Below are positions 23,988 to 39,181 of a stretch of 64,000 nt of DNA, piece after piece. The notes beneath the pieces are model-generated. The model searched no databases. It worked only from the letters and a program-made list of their open reading frames with translations, and was not told where the DNA came from. Each line of letters starts with the position of its first letter. The first letter of the stretch is position 1. The position numbers and the translations under genes were made by a program. Source of the stretch: Felis catus (lineage: Eukaryota); assembly GCF_018350175.1 (NCBI RefSeq), contig NC_058368.1:164612001-164676000 (forward strand). The letters run 5' to 3'.

Positions 23988-24601
23988 GTAACATATTTAG
24001 AAGTCAAAGATAATAATTAATGTGTATTAAATAATTTAGTAAAATTCAAAAATCTGAAACTCATTTATTTTTTTATCACTAACAAGAAAGAGTCATAAAA
24101 GTAACTTTACTTTTTGAAGACTTTATGTTCTCTATTGTTAACAGTAGTACTGATGAGTATTGTTGAGCAAATACTTGACAGTGCTCACAAGCATATAATA
24201 TATATGAGTGTTGGAAAATTATGGTTCAAGGTTTTTCCAAAAACTCATTAAAATATTATTAATTATAAAAAACAAAGATTTCTTCCTGTAAAAGGTTTAG
24301 TATTTTTAGTATTTTGATTTTCTTTCTCTATCACTCAGTCTGTTAGACATCTATATATATTGCAGGATATTCACATCAGTTTTCCAAGCTGGGAAACATG
24401 AGTAGCTGTTCTTGTACTTCCCCTTAAGTAACACCAAGTACCATACTTGCCATTTTGACAATTCTCAATCTTGAGCCATTTCCATCATCAACTTTCTCCA
24501 TTCTCCTTCTTAAATTATTTACTCCATATTTCTTTAATGACTTCATTCTTTTACTTCCTTTTTTAAAAATGCAGTTAAACAGTTCATTACACATACAGAA
24601 A

Positions 24602-24978
24602 TGTAAGATCATGGTGTCAGCTCCCTGCATCCCTAGTTTCACAGAATGACACAAAACCAGATGGGCCAGATGATAGATGACATGAGCAGTGGGTCATTTT
24701 ATCATTTAGTACTCAGCCCTAGATTACAGCCAATCAGTTTTATACCCAAAGAGGATGGGACAGAAAGGGAAGGGAAGTATCCTTGTGGCAGCTTTCCACA
24801 CATAGAGTGCTTCTGAAAGATAGGGAGGTGACATGTACATTGCACCCACCATGTTCCAAGGATGATCTTGGGACATTTTATCAAGACTGTTCAAACTGTG
24901 GTTAAGCTTTGCCTATGTCTGCCTTATGTGGAGATGTGCAGAGTTTCCAGGGCTTCATGATGGATATGTTCTCCTACA
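24602..24978 (-). mobile_element. Old ERVL-type solo LTR (LTR40/41-like; family uncertain)
   Basis: Minus strand begins TGTAGGAGAA..., contains 'ctctgcacatctccacataaggcagac' and ends in CA; GC higher than flanks. Confidence 0.55.
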
Positions 24979-24999
24979 CTCACACAACAGTTACTACTA

Positions 25000-25640
25000 T
25001 TTGTTTTCTGTTTTTAGTTCAAGGACAGGCTTTAATTATTTCCTCATTATACCAAGTACTGTTTTTCTAGTGATTCTCATAAGTAAAAATTCCCTCCAAT
25101 TTCAAAATATTCTTCCTGTTAACCCTATGGCTAGCTATATAGAGATCAAATCTAAGGGTAAAATTAATCTGATCAAAATCTATTTAATGTTCTTCATTGC
25201 TTTTGGAATGAAGTAACATATCTATAATTTTTTAAGGATTTCATAGTCTTGCCCCAAACCACTTTTCTAATCATTTCCCAGCAAGTATATTATTCCATTT
25301 AATCTGATGGATTCATCATTTCCTGAGGATTTGCTGCAACTTGCACTTACACTTCTCAAGCCTACAGCAGTTTTGCATGTCAGTATTCTCTTCAGCAGCA
25401 AATATTCATCACAAATGCTTCTTTATTTACCATTCCTTCTCTGAACATTAGAACTGAACTTTCCTACTTTTGACTTCCAGGTGTCTAGTTATATACTTCT
25501 TGTAATATATTACTTATAGCTTGTCTTATTGATATTTTCACATAGGCAACATGTGTCTACTGTATAAAATATAGGAATCATAGTACTTTTTATGTCCTTC
25601 TTGTTTTTTGTACTATAAAATGTGCTCATTAAATTCCAAC
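25000..25640 (+). mobile_element. L2 fragment
   Basis: Diverged L2-like text ('cttcattgcttttggaatgaag...gtcttgccccaaaccacttttctaa'). Confidence 0.45.
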
Positions 25641-26086
25641 TGATTTACCATCAGTTCCAAATTCAGGCAATATTTGTCACTTTTGTTAGCTGAATTCCAT
25701 CCATCATGGTTTCATGATCAAGAAAATAAATTCCTATTAGATAACTAACTTACAAAGAAGTGGTATGTATTATCTCATTAACTGTATGTTATAACCAACC
25801 TGACTTCACAGTTACTGACTCACCCATAATTTGTATCTCTTCTTCACTTAAAGTTAGTAACGGTAGAAGCACTGCTTTATTGCTTATTTGGATTCCTAAA
25901 TTGTTACGATTCGAAACTAGAACATTGATGTATCCAGCACATATATATACAACTAGTATATTATTGATTCTACTCTAGTAAGGAATTCTAACCCTCATTT
26001 TGGTTCCCTTAGCATTTCTTTTAAGATCATGTTGGTTGTCACAAACAAGGAAAAATAGACAGTGAAAAAGGAATAAGGATACATTA

Positions 26087-26875
26087 CAGGCATACTTCAG
26101 AAGTACTGTGAGTTTGGTTTCAGACCACTGCAATAAAGTGAATATTGTAATAAAATGAGTCAAATAAACTGTTTGTTTTCCTAGTAAATATGTTATGTTT
26201 ATACTGTACTTTAGTCTATTAAGTGTGCTCTGTGTTAAAATGTATATACCTCAATTACAAATACTTTGTTGCTAAAAAATGCTAATTGTCATCTGAGCTT
26301 TCTTATCTTTCAGGGAGATATAATCTTTCTCCTGGTGGAAGGTCTTGCCTCCATATTGATGGCTGCTGACTGATCAGGGTGGTGGTTGATTGAAAGTTGG
26401 GGTGGCTGTGGCAATTTCTTAAAATAAGACCACAGTGAAGTTTGCCACATCAATTGACTCTTCCTTTCACAAAACAAATTCTCTGCAGCACGCGATGCTT
26501 CTTGATAGCATTTTGCTCCCAGTAGAACTTCTTTCAGAATTGGAGTCAGTCCTCTCAAACCCTGCTGCTGCTTCATCAACTGAGTTTCTGAAATATTCTA
26601 TATCCTTTGTTGTCATTTCAACCATCTTCATAGCATCTTCACCAGGAGTAGTTTCCATCTCAAGAAACAACTTTTTTGCTCATCCAGCAATTCTTTACAT
26701 CTTTAGGTTTTACTTCTAATGTTAGTTCTCTTGGTATTTCTACCTCATCTACATTTATTTTATCCACTGAAGTCTTGAACTTTTCAAAGTTATCCATGAG
26801 GGTTGGAATCAACTTCTTCCAAACTCTTGTTCATGTTGATCTTTTTACCTCTTCCCATGAATCATGAAATTTTCT
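26087..26875 (-). mobile_element. Tigger1 DNA transposon 3' portion with transposase C-terminal remnant
   Basis: TA followed by TIR caggcatac at 26085-26095; ORFs 26467-26670 (FLEMETTPGEDAMKMVEMTTKD..AAAGFERTDSN) and 26310-26579 (ERKSQLMWQTSLWSYFKKLPQPPQ) match the Tigger1/TIGD1 transposase C-terminus in different frames. Confidence 0.93.
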
Positions 26876-27243
26876 ACACGAGGAAGCATAGTCTCAGATA
26901 ATTTATTTTCTCAAGGACACATCACTAAGAAATAGCATGATCCATTTTCTAAATGCCAACTTATTGATTTTATCCTTCATGGTACTTTCCTTTAAATTTT
27001 TAAAATTTCATAGAAAATATAAACAATAAAGAATCTTATTTAATAAGGAATATCAGTTGATAAATCTAGGTCACTAGGTAATTTAAAAATTAACTTAAAT
27101 GTAAAGTTTAAGAGAATATGAACTCCATATACTGAGAGAACAGTAATATAAAATTCCATTTGATACTTTATAAGCTTAGTTGTTCTTTCATATATTTCTA
27201 TATCTATGCCTTTTATTAAAATTGACTTTGAAAATATGGAAAT

Positions 27244-27431
27244 GGGGCACCTGGGTGGCTCGGCCAGTTAAGCGTCCAACGTCAGCTCAGGTCATGATAT
27301 CATGTTTTATGAGCCCCACATTGGGCTCTGTGCTGACAGCTCAGAGCCAGGAGCCTGCTTTGGATGCTGTGTGTCTCTCTCTTCCCTGTCAATGCTCTGC
27401 CTCAAAAATAAATAAACATTAAAAAAAATAA
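27244..27431 (+). mobile_element. CAN-SINE
   Basis: Head and body; TSD aaaatatggaaat (27231-27243) / aaaataaggaaat (27431-27443). Confidence 0.94.
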
Positions 27432-27439
27432 AAATAAGG

Positions 27440-27725
27440 AAATGGAGAACAAGTTGGTGGTTGCCAGGGATTAGAGACATTATGGAGAGGAAGCTTGTGG
27501 GTATGGCTACAAAAGGACAACAGAAGAGGTCTTGGTGGGATGGTACTGTACTGTATCCTGGCTATAAGATGAAACTCCTGGCTATAACACTGTATTGTAA
27601 TTTTGCAGGACATTGCCATTATTGTAAACTTGGTAAAAGATATATGAGTCTCCCTTTATTACCTTTTTGTAATTTCATGTGGATCTGCACTTGATCACAA
27701 AATGAAATTTCTAATTAAAATTTAA
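27440..27725 (+). mobile_element. Old L1 (L1MD/MC-like) 3'UTR
   Basis: 'ggtggttgccaggga...aaaggacaacagaagagg...gatggtactgtactgtatc...tgtaattttgcagga'. Confidence 0.7.
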
Positions 27726-28719
27726 AAATTGTGACTTTATTAAACACAGTAATATGTTAAAGTTGTATTGCTTTGAGAATATGCTGTAATAGAAGTAACT
27801 AAAAATAATATCCAGACTATAAAAAACTATGCATATAAAATGTTTAGGACAAATATTGAATTTTATTTATTGAGTAAGGGTGGCTGTAGTGAAAAACATA
27901 TGTTGATGTGTTGGGGTAGTGTAATATATTATAATAGAAAGCCTGATATTCTTAGTAGTAATTTGGGATTTCCTCTTTTCCTTTTTCATTTACCTGTTGC
28001 TTTAATCTAAATCATGCAGTCCTCATGCTAGTCTTTCTATATCATTTCTTAGTTCAGTGTGTATTTTAGTTGCTTTAGTGTGCGTATAGATAGCAATAAC
28101 ATTTTAATTTTTTTCTTGTTCTGCTCTAAATCCAGGACAAAAAAGTCAAAGAAATTATGTTAATATTTCTATGATATATATTGTTACAACTTAATACTTA
28201 ATATTAAAATGTCACTCCTGGCATTGTATTAACACTATTTGACCATTAGAACATCCTCCAGGCCTAACTGACTTCTTTTGTAAAATGTGAGTGCAGGGAT
28301 TTTCTTAAGGTAAATATTATGACTCTCTAAGTTAGATTCTTGTGTCATTTCTCAAATTCATGAGGCTTCCTGAATAGAGTGGAAGCTGCCAAAGTGCACC
28401 AAACAGATAGTGTCACACTTAAGTGGTAGGAAATATTCCTGGAGGAGATTTAATGGGAGAGACTGGAGACACATTTTTAAAGCCCCTCATATACCAATGT
28501 TGTAATTATTTGAATTATAGATTATCTATGATATCTTGGCAGCACTTACTGTAGGTTACGATATGATATTTATATTTTTACAGATAATTAGGGAGGACAT
28601 TCCATAATTGTGTAGCCAACCCTTTTATTTGTTCATTTGCTTATATATCTGTCTTCTCTGTCCAAATACAAAAGCAGAAGTATTACCGTTCAGCTATGTT
28701 TTATTTACAATATTGAAAA

Positions 28720-28881
28720 TTTTCTTTTTTTTTAAGTTTATTTATTGATTTTGAGAGAGAGAGAACACACAGATGCACAGTGTGGGTGGTGGTGGGCAGA
28801 GCCACAAACTGCAAGGTCATGACCTGAGCCAAGGTCAAGAGTCAGACACTTAACTGCCTGAGCCACCCACCCAAGGGCCCC
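28720..28881 (-). mobile_element. Internally deleted CAN-SINE
   Basis: Tail/(GA)n and head present; the 'gaatcccaagcaggctcc' body is missing at ~28800. Confidence 0.88.
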
Positions 28882-29909
28882 TAGACTGAACGTCTTTATC
28901 ATTGTATATGGAGGGAGAAAGAACCAGGAAAAACAATATGTTCATTCACAATCTAGAAATAATTTTTATCTGATGGAAAAAAAGAGGCACATTTTGAAGA
29001 AAGGAGAAGTGTAACAAATTTTGAAAAAGAAGTTCTCATTCATATTTCTAAAGTGTAAAATTCCTTTGCTACCTTGTTCATTGAAAATGATTTTGAAGAT
29101 CTACTCAGTCTCTGGCCACTTCATATTAGGTCTTTTCCAAGGCAAGTAGTTACTTGCTGAAATGACTCCTTTCTCATTCTTTATTGTTTTCTTTTTTCTT
29201 CTTTTTCTTTGTGAGTCTCATGTCCAAAGCACTTTGAGCTCTTTAGAAAGCTTCATATAATGTAACTACCCAACTTATGCTCTCTTTGGTTCAACCATTT
29301 TATGAATAACAAGATAGAATAAAGCTGCTTCCTCAGGTTTATATATTGATTTTTTTTTCCACCAAGAATGCTGTTTATTCTAGATATACAACCCTTAGAA
29401 TAACTTCCTTCCTAGACAATGATAATCTACAAGGCATAAAGATCAATATCAATTATCTCAATTCAGAAGTGAATAGTAAATCAGTAATCCCTAAAACATA
29501 AACAAAATGGTGGAACCTGTCTAAGCCTTTAAAGACAATAAGAATATTGAAGAAATTGGTAATGAAAAATGTAAAGGAATTATTTATTATTTACTGAGAA
29601 CATTTTTTCTTGATTAATTATTCTTTGTGTTTGGGTCTGTGGATAATAATAAATGTATAAAATGGCACATAGTTACAATCACAGAAACACCTGTTTACTC
29701 TTGGAAAGTGAAGATATTTTTTAAATAATTTAAGTGGTAAACATGACAATATCATGAAGCATTTTAAACAAAGGGACTTTTTGTTTCAATTTTTCTGTAG
29801 GCTCTTCTACTGTCTTAGACTAGACATTCTATTTTTATAGAATCCCTGACTTTGTGAGGGTAAGGTTATCCAAAATGTGAATAGTTATCTAATTTTGTCC
29901 AAATATATT

Positions 29910-31733
<1,824 letters not shown>

Positions 31734-33789
31734 TACCTTTCCTCTCTAAAATTCTTTATTATTTTGCCATTAAAAATATTTCCAAGTGTCTGGCCATCAT
31801 TTTATTGGTCTGAGTGATATTAAAATGGAAACAGTGAAACTTTGTAATAGAAAGGGCCGATGGCATGAAAACTATTCCTGAATAATAAAGCAAAGCAAAA
31901 CAAAACAAAAAAATAGTGTTGTATTTATTACATTGAAATAGGACCAAATCAGACCCAACTTGATTCAGGGTATTTTGTAATTAAATTTAAGTTTCACTGG
32001 TTGTCAAATTTTATAAACTCAGTTTCTCTAGAAATCCAACCCTGTTTGTCAATAATTATTCACTGAGGTAAACAAACGTAGCAAACTCCTTTCTTCTTCT
32101 TAGACTATTAAAAGTGATAATGTAATTTGAGAAAACATCCTGATCATAAACTTTGAGAGCACCTACTTATGAAGCAGATTAATTACAGAAGAAAAGAGGC
32201 AACATTTTCAGGATGTGAAAGTGTAGGTAGTCTAACCACATTCACAGCTGAAAGTTAATATTATTTAGAACTCACACTGTTGTAATCATATTGAATTTGC
32301 AACTCTATGTATGGTGTAAAGGATTTGCGTAGTTTCATGTATAGAAGATACAAGAAATCCTTATTATTCATCACAGAACTAGGTATTCTAAATTTTTTTT
32401 GTTAAAAACATGAATAGAAAATTTACTGAGTAAAAACATGTTTTTAACATTACATTCTTTGAGCAAAGGTACATTTAACACAGATTTGAGCCACTTATAG
32501 AAATCTTTAGTTTGATCAAATTTCTACCACCTGAAAAAATAACAAGTGATCAATGGTCCCTGATCAAATTAACTATGTATGCTTTATAAACATCTTCAAG
32601 ACAAGGAAATCATATTGCTGATGATAGTTACTTACTTAAATATGTTTTTTCCTCATACACCTTTATCCATCTTTCTTCTAACCCAACCCTCTGAATAAAT
32701 ATGTTGTAGTGATCAGAAATTGCTATATAGCACACCCGATCCTGTATTATCATTCTTGCTTCCTTAATTGAACCATGAATGGAACTTTCCTCTGCAGCAG
32801 CCGCCTAACTGCATAACTAACTAACCAGGTGCTCCTTGGTCTTATATTCAAGTTTTTTGACTTTGAAATAAGTATACTCATCAAGTAGTCACTAGAATGA
32901 TAAGCATAGTAAAGATGTACTTCAGTGCTTCCCCTGGCCCAATAACCTTTTTTCAGACCAATTATTGAATTTGTTCTCTTTCCTGGCTGCCATGAAAGAG
33001 AACCTACATATCTAAGCCATCTAAAATGGTGATTATTTGCTCTAAAAATAAAACAATAAAAACTCTGCTGTACTTACTTTTGGTTAGCTTTAACTCATAT
33101 TTTGCTAATAAGGCCCCAACTGTAGGTTTGAGGGTAGATATATTCCATAAGCTACACACCCTCATTCATCCTCATTTGAAATTTCACAGGTGCTGTCTCC
33201 CACACCTGGACATTTTTCTGTGGTTCAGGAACAGTCAGGGGGAATGACTACCAAATGGGGACTTGAAAATAAAATTGGCTTTAAACTATTACCTGTCTTC
33301 TTTTATGTCTAATGTCTTCTTTCATGTCTTAATGTTGTGTTTGCCACAGAAGAAAAAGCAAAATACCTGTGTGCACATCTGAAATATGACTTCAAGGCAA
33401 AGAGCTAAACTTAAACACATCAATGAAAGGAAAGACACCTTGGACAAGGATACTTAGATTTGATTAAATATATTAAATCGTTTAATACTATTTTGTGGAA
33501 TTTAACTTATTAAAGTTATTTCTTTGATCGTCACACTTAAAAAGTAAAAAATATGTCATGAATATTTTTAATAAAATAATATTAAATCAGAAGGCAGAAA
33601 ATCTTTCAAGTCTAATTGGTCACTAATAAACCTTGTTCTCTATCATTGTAAATAATACATTTCCTCTAAGTTTCTACTTAGCTCCTACATGCAAGATGCT
33701 CGATTGCTCTTTAATGGCCATACAAGGGGGGAAATTATTTCTATCATATTAGAAAACTAGAAACAACCATTTCCTATTTGCCAACCCTC

Positions 33790-34660
33790 ACTCTTCAACT
33801 CTCACTCATGAATATTTCCTGATTTTAGCCCCTTTTTTACTATTCCTCAGTTCCTGGCTTACTTCCCACTCCAATTATTTGTCACTTAAATAACTGATAT
33901 ACCTCTCTAATAAATAACCATATCTTTATTTTTGCTCTCTTTCAGTTTAGGCACTATGCCATTGTCAGCATGATATTTCACATAAATAAATGCTATTCAG
34001 CTTTAAAATCTCAGCGGTTTACTATAGCTTCAAATAAAACCCTTTGAGTTGCTAGGAACGTTTCCATGGTTTGATTTCTGCCTACATCAGTCAGTCATGC
34101 CTTTCTCAGTTCTTTCTTTGCAATTCATGACTCAATTATACTAAACATTTGAAGATTGCCTAATGACGTGAGTTAATATGTGACTCCTTTTTATTTCCTC
34201 TTTCTCCTCTATTACCTAGAACAATTTATCCCTTTTCTTGCCCTAGAGAATTGCTATTCATTCCTTATGACTCAGTTTTGTCAGGAAATGATTCCATCAT
34301 TCTAGTCTTTAAGAGCATCTCTTATTAACTCCACAGGACCCTGCAAAAAAATTTTGTCATGTATTCATACTAAAATAGTACTGTATGTTTATTTTCAGTT
34401 GTTTGAATGTACGCACCTTCAAATATTCATTATTATTATTATTATTATTATTATCAAATATTCAATATTATTATTAGGTATCTCAGGGCTTACGTTAGTA
34501 GATGGTAGGCACTCATCAAAAAGTAACAGTCCGCTAAAAAATACACTTCTTCAAGGTAAGCACTATGCATGTCTCAATCCTGATAAATTTATTGTACGTT
34601 TAGTACTTTGTATAGTGAGTGCTCATTAATTTTGCTGAGTGGATGCATGAATGAATGAAC
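33790..34660 (+). mobile_element. L2 fragments, including 3' ends and an (ATT)n tract
   Basis: Ends in 'tagtgagtgctcattaattttgctgagtggatgcatgaatgaatgaa'. Confidence 0.6.
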
Positions 34661-35384
34661 TTTTTTCTATTTGTTTTATATTCTTCTGGATCCCTTTGTT
34701 AGGACTGTCTCTGAGCAAAACATTTCCACATTTTTTTTAACTTTTAATACACACTAGTATAGAAAACTTAACTTAAATGTCCTATGAATTTTAAATAGAT
34801 ATCAGATATGTATGCATACAAAATTATAGCAACAGAAAAACATTCATAACTCATAAAAAATATTATATTAGAACTTTGTCTCCCACAGTTGTTACATACT
34901 AATACCTTTTATATATATTGCCTTAGTTAGGTTAATACACAAATATATTTATAAACAGACGTGTAGCATCTGCTGAATTTCCACTTTTTTCTTTGTCTAT
35001 ATTTCACCAGTATTTGAAATAATAAAACAAAATTACAACATGTCATGATAGAGAAGCCATGCTCCCTAGAACTGTAGTGTCCATGTAAGATTGAAAGGGT
35101 AATTTAATACTAATTATTTTCTGAGGTTTATTTATATAAAAATTTGCTACTAAAATATGGTATACTTGATAACACATAATTCTGTGCTTCTTCCTCCACA
35201 TTGCTAGTTATTATTGAGTTTAGCAATACAAGGCAATTAAAATATTAAACAGAGAAAAATTGATCTAGAAAAAATATCTCATCATGCCAAAAATAACAGC
35301 TAAATATTTTGAAGATAAACTGAACTTTTGCCAAAACATTGAGTAGTTGGGAAAGTATATACTAGCCAAAAGCTATTGCTTCAC

Positions 35385-35594
35385 TCTTTTTTTTTTAAAG
35401 TTTATTTATTTTGAGAGAGACAGAGACAGCACAAGTGGGGCAGGGGCAGAGAGGTAGGGGGACAGAATCCTGAGCAGTTTCTGCATTGTCAGCACAGAGT
35501 CTGATGCAGGACTCAAATTCTTAAAACCGTGAGATCATGACTTGAGCTGAAATCAAGAGTCAGACACTTAACAGACTGAACCACCCAGGTGCCC
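35385..35594 (-). mobile_element. CAN-SINE
   Basis: Reverse tail, (GA)n, body and head 'aaccacccaggtgccc'. Confidence 0.94.
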
Positions 35595-35759
35595 TGGTTA
35601 ACTCTCTTTATCATCTTCTTATATGTTACCTGTAAGCAAATGTGGCAGGAGGCAGACCAGATCAGGAAAGTTGTTTTCACTGCCCTACCTATGGTTTTCC
35701 TTCCCATTATATGTCACCGCACCAGTTCCTTGTCTCTTTCTGTGTATGAGTTTAAATAC

Positions 35760-36190
35760 ATTTCTCACTCCAGAGGTGGACATTAGACTCAGAGTTAAAG
35801 CAGTCAGTAATTCTTCATGGATAAGAATGTGAACTCATTTGAATAAATGAATTCTCATAAGAATAAGTGACTCTAGGACATGGATGGCATATATTCTCAA
35901 GGAATTTATTTTTCTACTTTATTAATGTGAGCATGAGAGCCTGAAACTAGAGATAGATGAAGTGGGATAGGATTGGGGTAGACCACACAAAGCCGGAATG
36001 CTGCCTGTGTAGAGAAATCGGAGCTCAGATGGGGATGGACAAATTTGTTTGAGACCTGAATCAAGCCATACTTAAAACCAGAATTACCCATGAATTATAG
36101 TTTATATTAGCCATTAAGTTACTTCTTTTTTGGCTTAAGCCAATTCAACTTGGGTTTTATTTTGCTTGCAACTGAAAATATCTTGAGTTT
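35760..36190 (+). mobile_element. Old MaLR LTR (MLT1J/K-like)
   Basis: 3' end 'cctgaatcaagccatac...gcttaagccaattcaacttgggtttt...cttgcaactgaaa'. Confidence 0.6.
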
Positions 36191-36374
36191 TATAATAGTT
36201 AAATAATGGAAGTCTTTATTCACCTAGATTTCCATTAAGAAGCTTTCTTTATTCTGTCTATTGGGTGTAAGTGTTTAAGCATATATTGTTGTATCTAAAG
36301 GTGTTCTTTCACAGGATTTATGAAAATGACATTCTGGTTATTTTGTTCATCTAGTTTATCTTTTCTACTGAAAA

Positions 36375-36520
36375 AGGAATATCTATTTCACACACGGGAA
36401 AATGGAGGTTAGAGAGGTTAGGTAATTTATCTATCACCATGAAGCTGTTAAGTGATGGAACTAAGATTGTGAGTCAGACTATGTGAACTCAGCATGCCCT
36501 CTTAATTGCAATGGAATATT
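36375..36520 (-). mobile_element. MIR
   Basis: 'gggaaaatggaggttagagaggttaggtaatttatc...aagtgatggaactaagatt'. Confidence 0.75.
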
Positions 36521-36909
36521 TTGAATACAGCATTACATATGATAAGTCCAAATGAGTAAGCAGAGTAGAGCACAGATGGATACAGCAGAAATATAAGGAA
36601 GGGAGGAATGACTGTGCATTAAAGCTATTGCAAGGTCAGTTCCATCCTGGAAACACTGAAGAGCAAGGTCAATTTTCGGTTGAATCTGAAGGCTCACGTT
36701 AGCTTTTAGAGAAACAAACAGGCTGGTTAGGAAGACAAAGTTTGAAATTACTTCCTTTATCTGTCTTTATCCAAGTTAGCCCTTTCTAGTTTAAGTCTAG
36801 ACCTCTGGGCCGAGGTGATTTCACCAACTTTTTATCTCTCTCTAGAGCTGTAGCCAGATTTGGCTTTGGAGGGTCATCTCTGGGTATGGATATGAAATGT
36901 GAGTCACCA

Positions 36910-37161
36910 CAGTGTATTCCCGGTGTAATGTGTACCAAAAATTTTTTTGTAGAAAAAAAATCCTTGAAGGAAGTGGTCTGAGGAATTTGGGAAATACTAC
37001 ACAGAATGTCTTCTTTTAGAAAATACAATGTATATTAAAAAAATTAAAGGCTCTGAGATATACTTCAAGTATATTCACTTAACACAGTTTTTTCCTAAAT
37101 GAATTTGACATTAATATTTTCCTGCACAACACTGATGAGCATTTTATGCTAAGAAACACTG
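36910..37161. mobile_element. hAT-Charlie-type MER fossil (family uncertain)
   Basis: Terminal cagtgt...acactg inverted ends; internal 'tttgggaaa' and 'aaaggctctgaga' typical of Charlie MITEs. Confidence 0.45.
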
Positions 37162-38699
37162 GCACAAACATCACTATGAAATTTCAAATCATATTATAAG
37201 ACTTTTGTCTTTCATGACATCTATTTCTTAATAAAATGATAAGCTCACACTCAGATTAGCAAAAGAATAAAAGTACAAATATGAAATGAATCCATTTTAA
37301 TTTTATTGTATAGTGCTATTAAGTGCTTTTGATTGCATGTGACAAAAATTTGCGTATTATGTTATTAAAATTCTAATTTGAGTAATTGATGCCTGTATCA
37401 AGTACCTATATCAAATGTCTATATGTTTTAAATATCAAATAGCTATACTTTGAAATGCCTAATACAAAGGTATGTATGCATAATTGTTTATCATGATACA
37501 TATGTCTGAGAATTTTCCATCTCTCTGGCAAAATAGCCTCAATTCAGAGTTCCACGTTTTCCAAGCAGCAAGAACACTGAATACATATAATTAGAACAGT
37601 GTGAAAAGCTAAGCTCAATTATACTCCTCAGTGTGAGTTATATGAAGACCTTCCCAGGTTTCATTTTCATGAGCCCCATTCTGTTCAGCTACTGTATCAA
37701 AAGAGGATTAAAACCTGAAAGATACTGAGAGTGGAACAGACCTGTGCTGAGGGAGCTCTCTTAGCACTAACACTTGAGAATATTTGGCCCTGATAAAAAC
37801 GATTGTCACATTTTCTAGAAACCTTGAGCCTGGAAGTGATGGAAACTCAAGTTCTAACTGGAAAAAAAAAATGTGTGATAACAAAAATAGGCTTTTCTAT
37901 TTGAATCTTCTTTAATTTTGGCCACTTAAATTATACTATCCTATGCTTTGGCAGTCATTGTTTTACATACAAAGAAAGGAGATGTTGAAGTTGTTATGAG
38001 AAACCTATAATTTCTAACAGTTATTGTAAAGCCATTATATAGATGCATTTTATTAACTTTTTGTAAATATAATTCTGAAAATGTATTTCATATTTTACTG
38101 TGATTAAAATTATTTATCTTCACATGCTTATAGGGTTAATTTTACTTCCTGAGGGTACACAGGGGCATGCTGCCTCTTTCAATAAAATAAAATTTTCATT
38201 TGCAGATGTTTAACCCTGGAAGGAGTATTTCCAGAAATAAAGTAGCAGGAACAAGTGGCACTGCCTCTTTCACTCTGAATTTTATCTTTCCTTGAGGTCT
38301 TTCGCTCGCTTTCCCTTGCCATTAACAAGCAGACTGCCAACACATACAACTCATGCTTTAACTGTCTGTCCCGGTAGTACACAAAACTCCTTTGTTTAGT
38401 AGGAGACATCTAAAACTTCTGAAGGACTTTATTAAAGACAAGAAAGAAAAAAAAATAGGCATGAGGCACACATCATATATACAATATTGGGACTTCCAAA
38501 ATATAATTTTGTAATTTATTATATCAAGCTTCCTCCCTAGATACATACACCAGATTCATTTCACTATCTAGATTAAACATTCGTGCATTAGGCTTGCAGT
38601 TGAGACATGAACTTAAGAGTTCTCTTGCCCAGATTCTTTTTTGTGTAAGTCTGAGCCTTCACATTTAGGATGCTATCCTGACATGTGCTAGTCAGTAAT

Positions 38700-39181
38700 T
38701 GCCTCCTAGTTATTTTGGCACCTTGATGGTTGTGGAAGATTATATTATTCTCATCACCTATTTCTGTTTTCCTGTGGAAGAAAGGGAAAACACCCTTCAC
38801 ACACTATTGATATCAAGTCTGGCTGCGTTGACCTTGTGACTTTGTAGTGCCTTCCCTGTGAAGTTAGTGCTTAGCACATTCCAGTGATAACAGTTTTGTC
38901 TGTGTGACTGGTTTAGACCTGTGTAATATAAACTGAAAAGATATTTGTCATTCTGAGCAGGATATTTAAGAGTCATTAATTTCTTCCATCATTTTTGTTT
39001 CTTTTAATAATGCAGATAAGATGACTCCATAGCTCTTGGTCTCAAAGTGAAAAACATGCAGCTGACTGTTCATAAATATGTAACATAAAGGAGAAAACAA
39101 AATCACATATCACTGATTTCCATTAAAGTTTGGGGGTTTATTTGTTACCACAACATAGCTTATCTTAATCTGACAAATGCA
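38700..39181 (+). mobile_element. Old MaLR LTR (MLT1J-like)
   Basis: 3' end 'tttgggggtttatttgttaccacaacatagc...ctgacaaatgca'. Confidence 0.6.

Noticed and set aside
23526..24020. 164-aa ORF as a single-exon gene
   Set aside because: GTG start, no recognisable domain, contains a T-run and splice-like tracts; more likely a chance frame
26310..26670. TIGD1-like coding gene
   Set aside because: Frameshifted, truncated Tigger1 fossil
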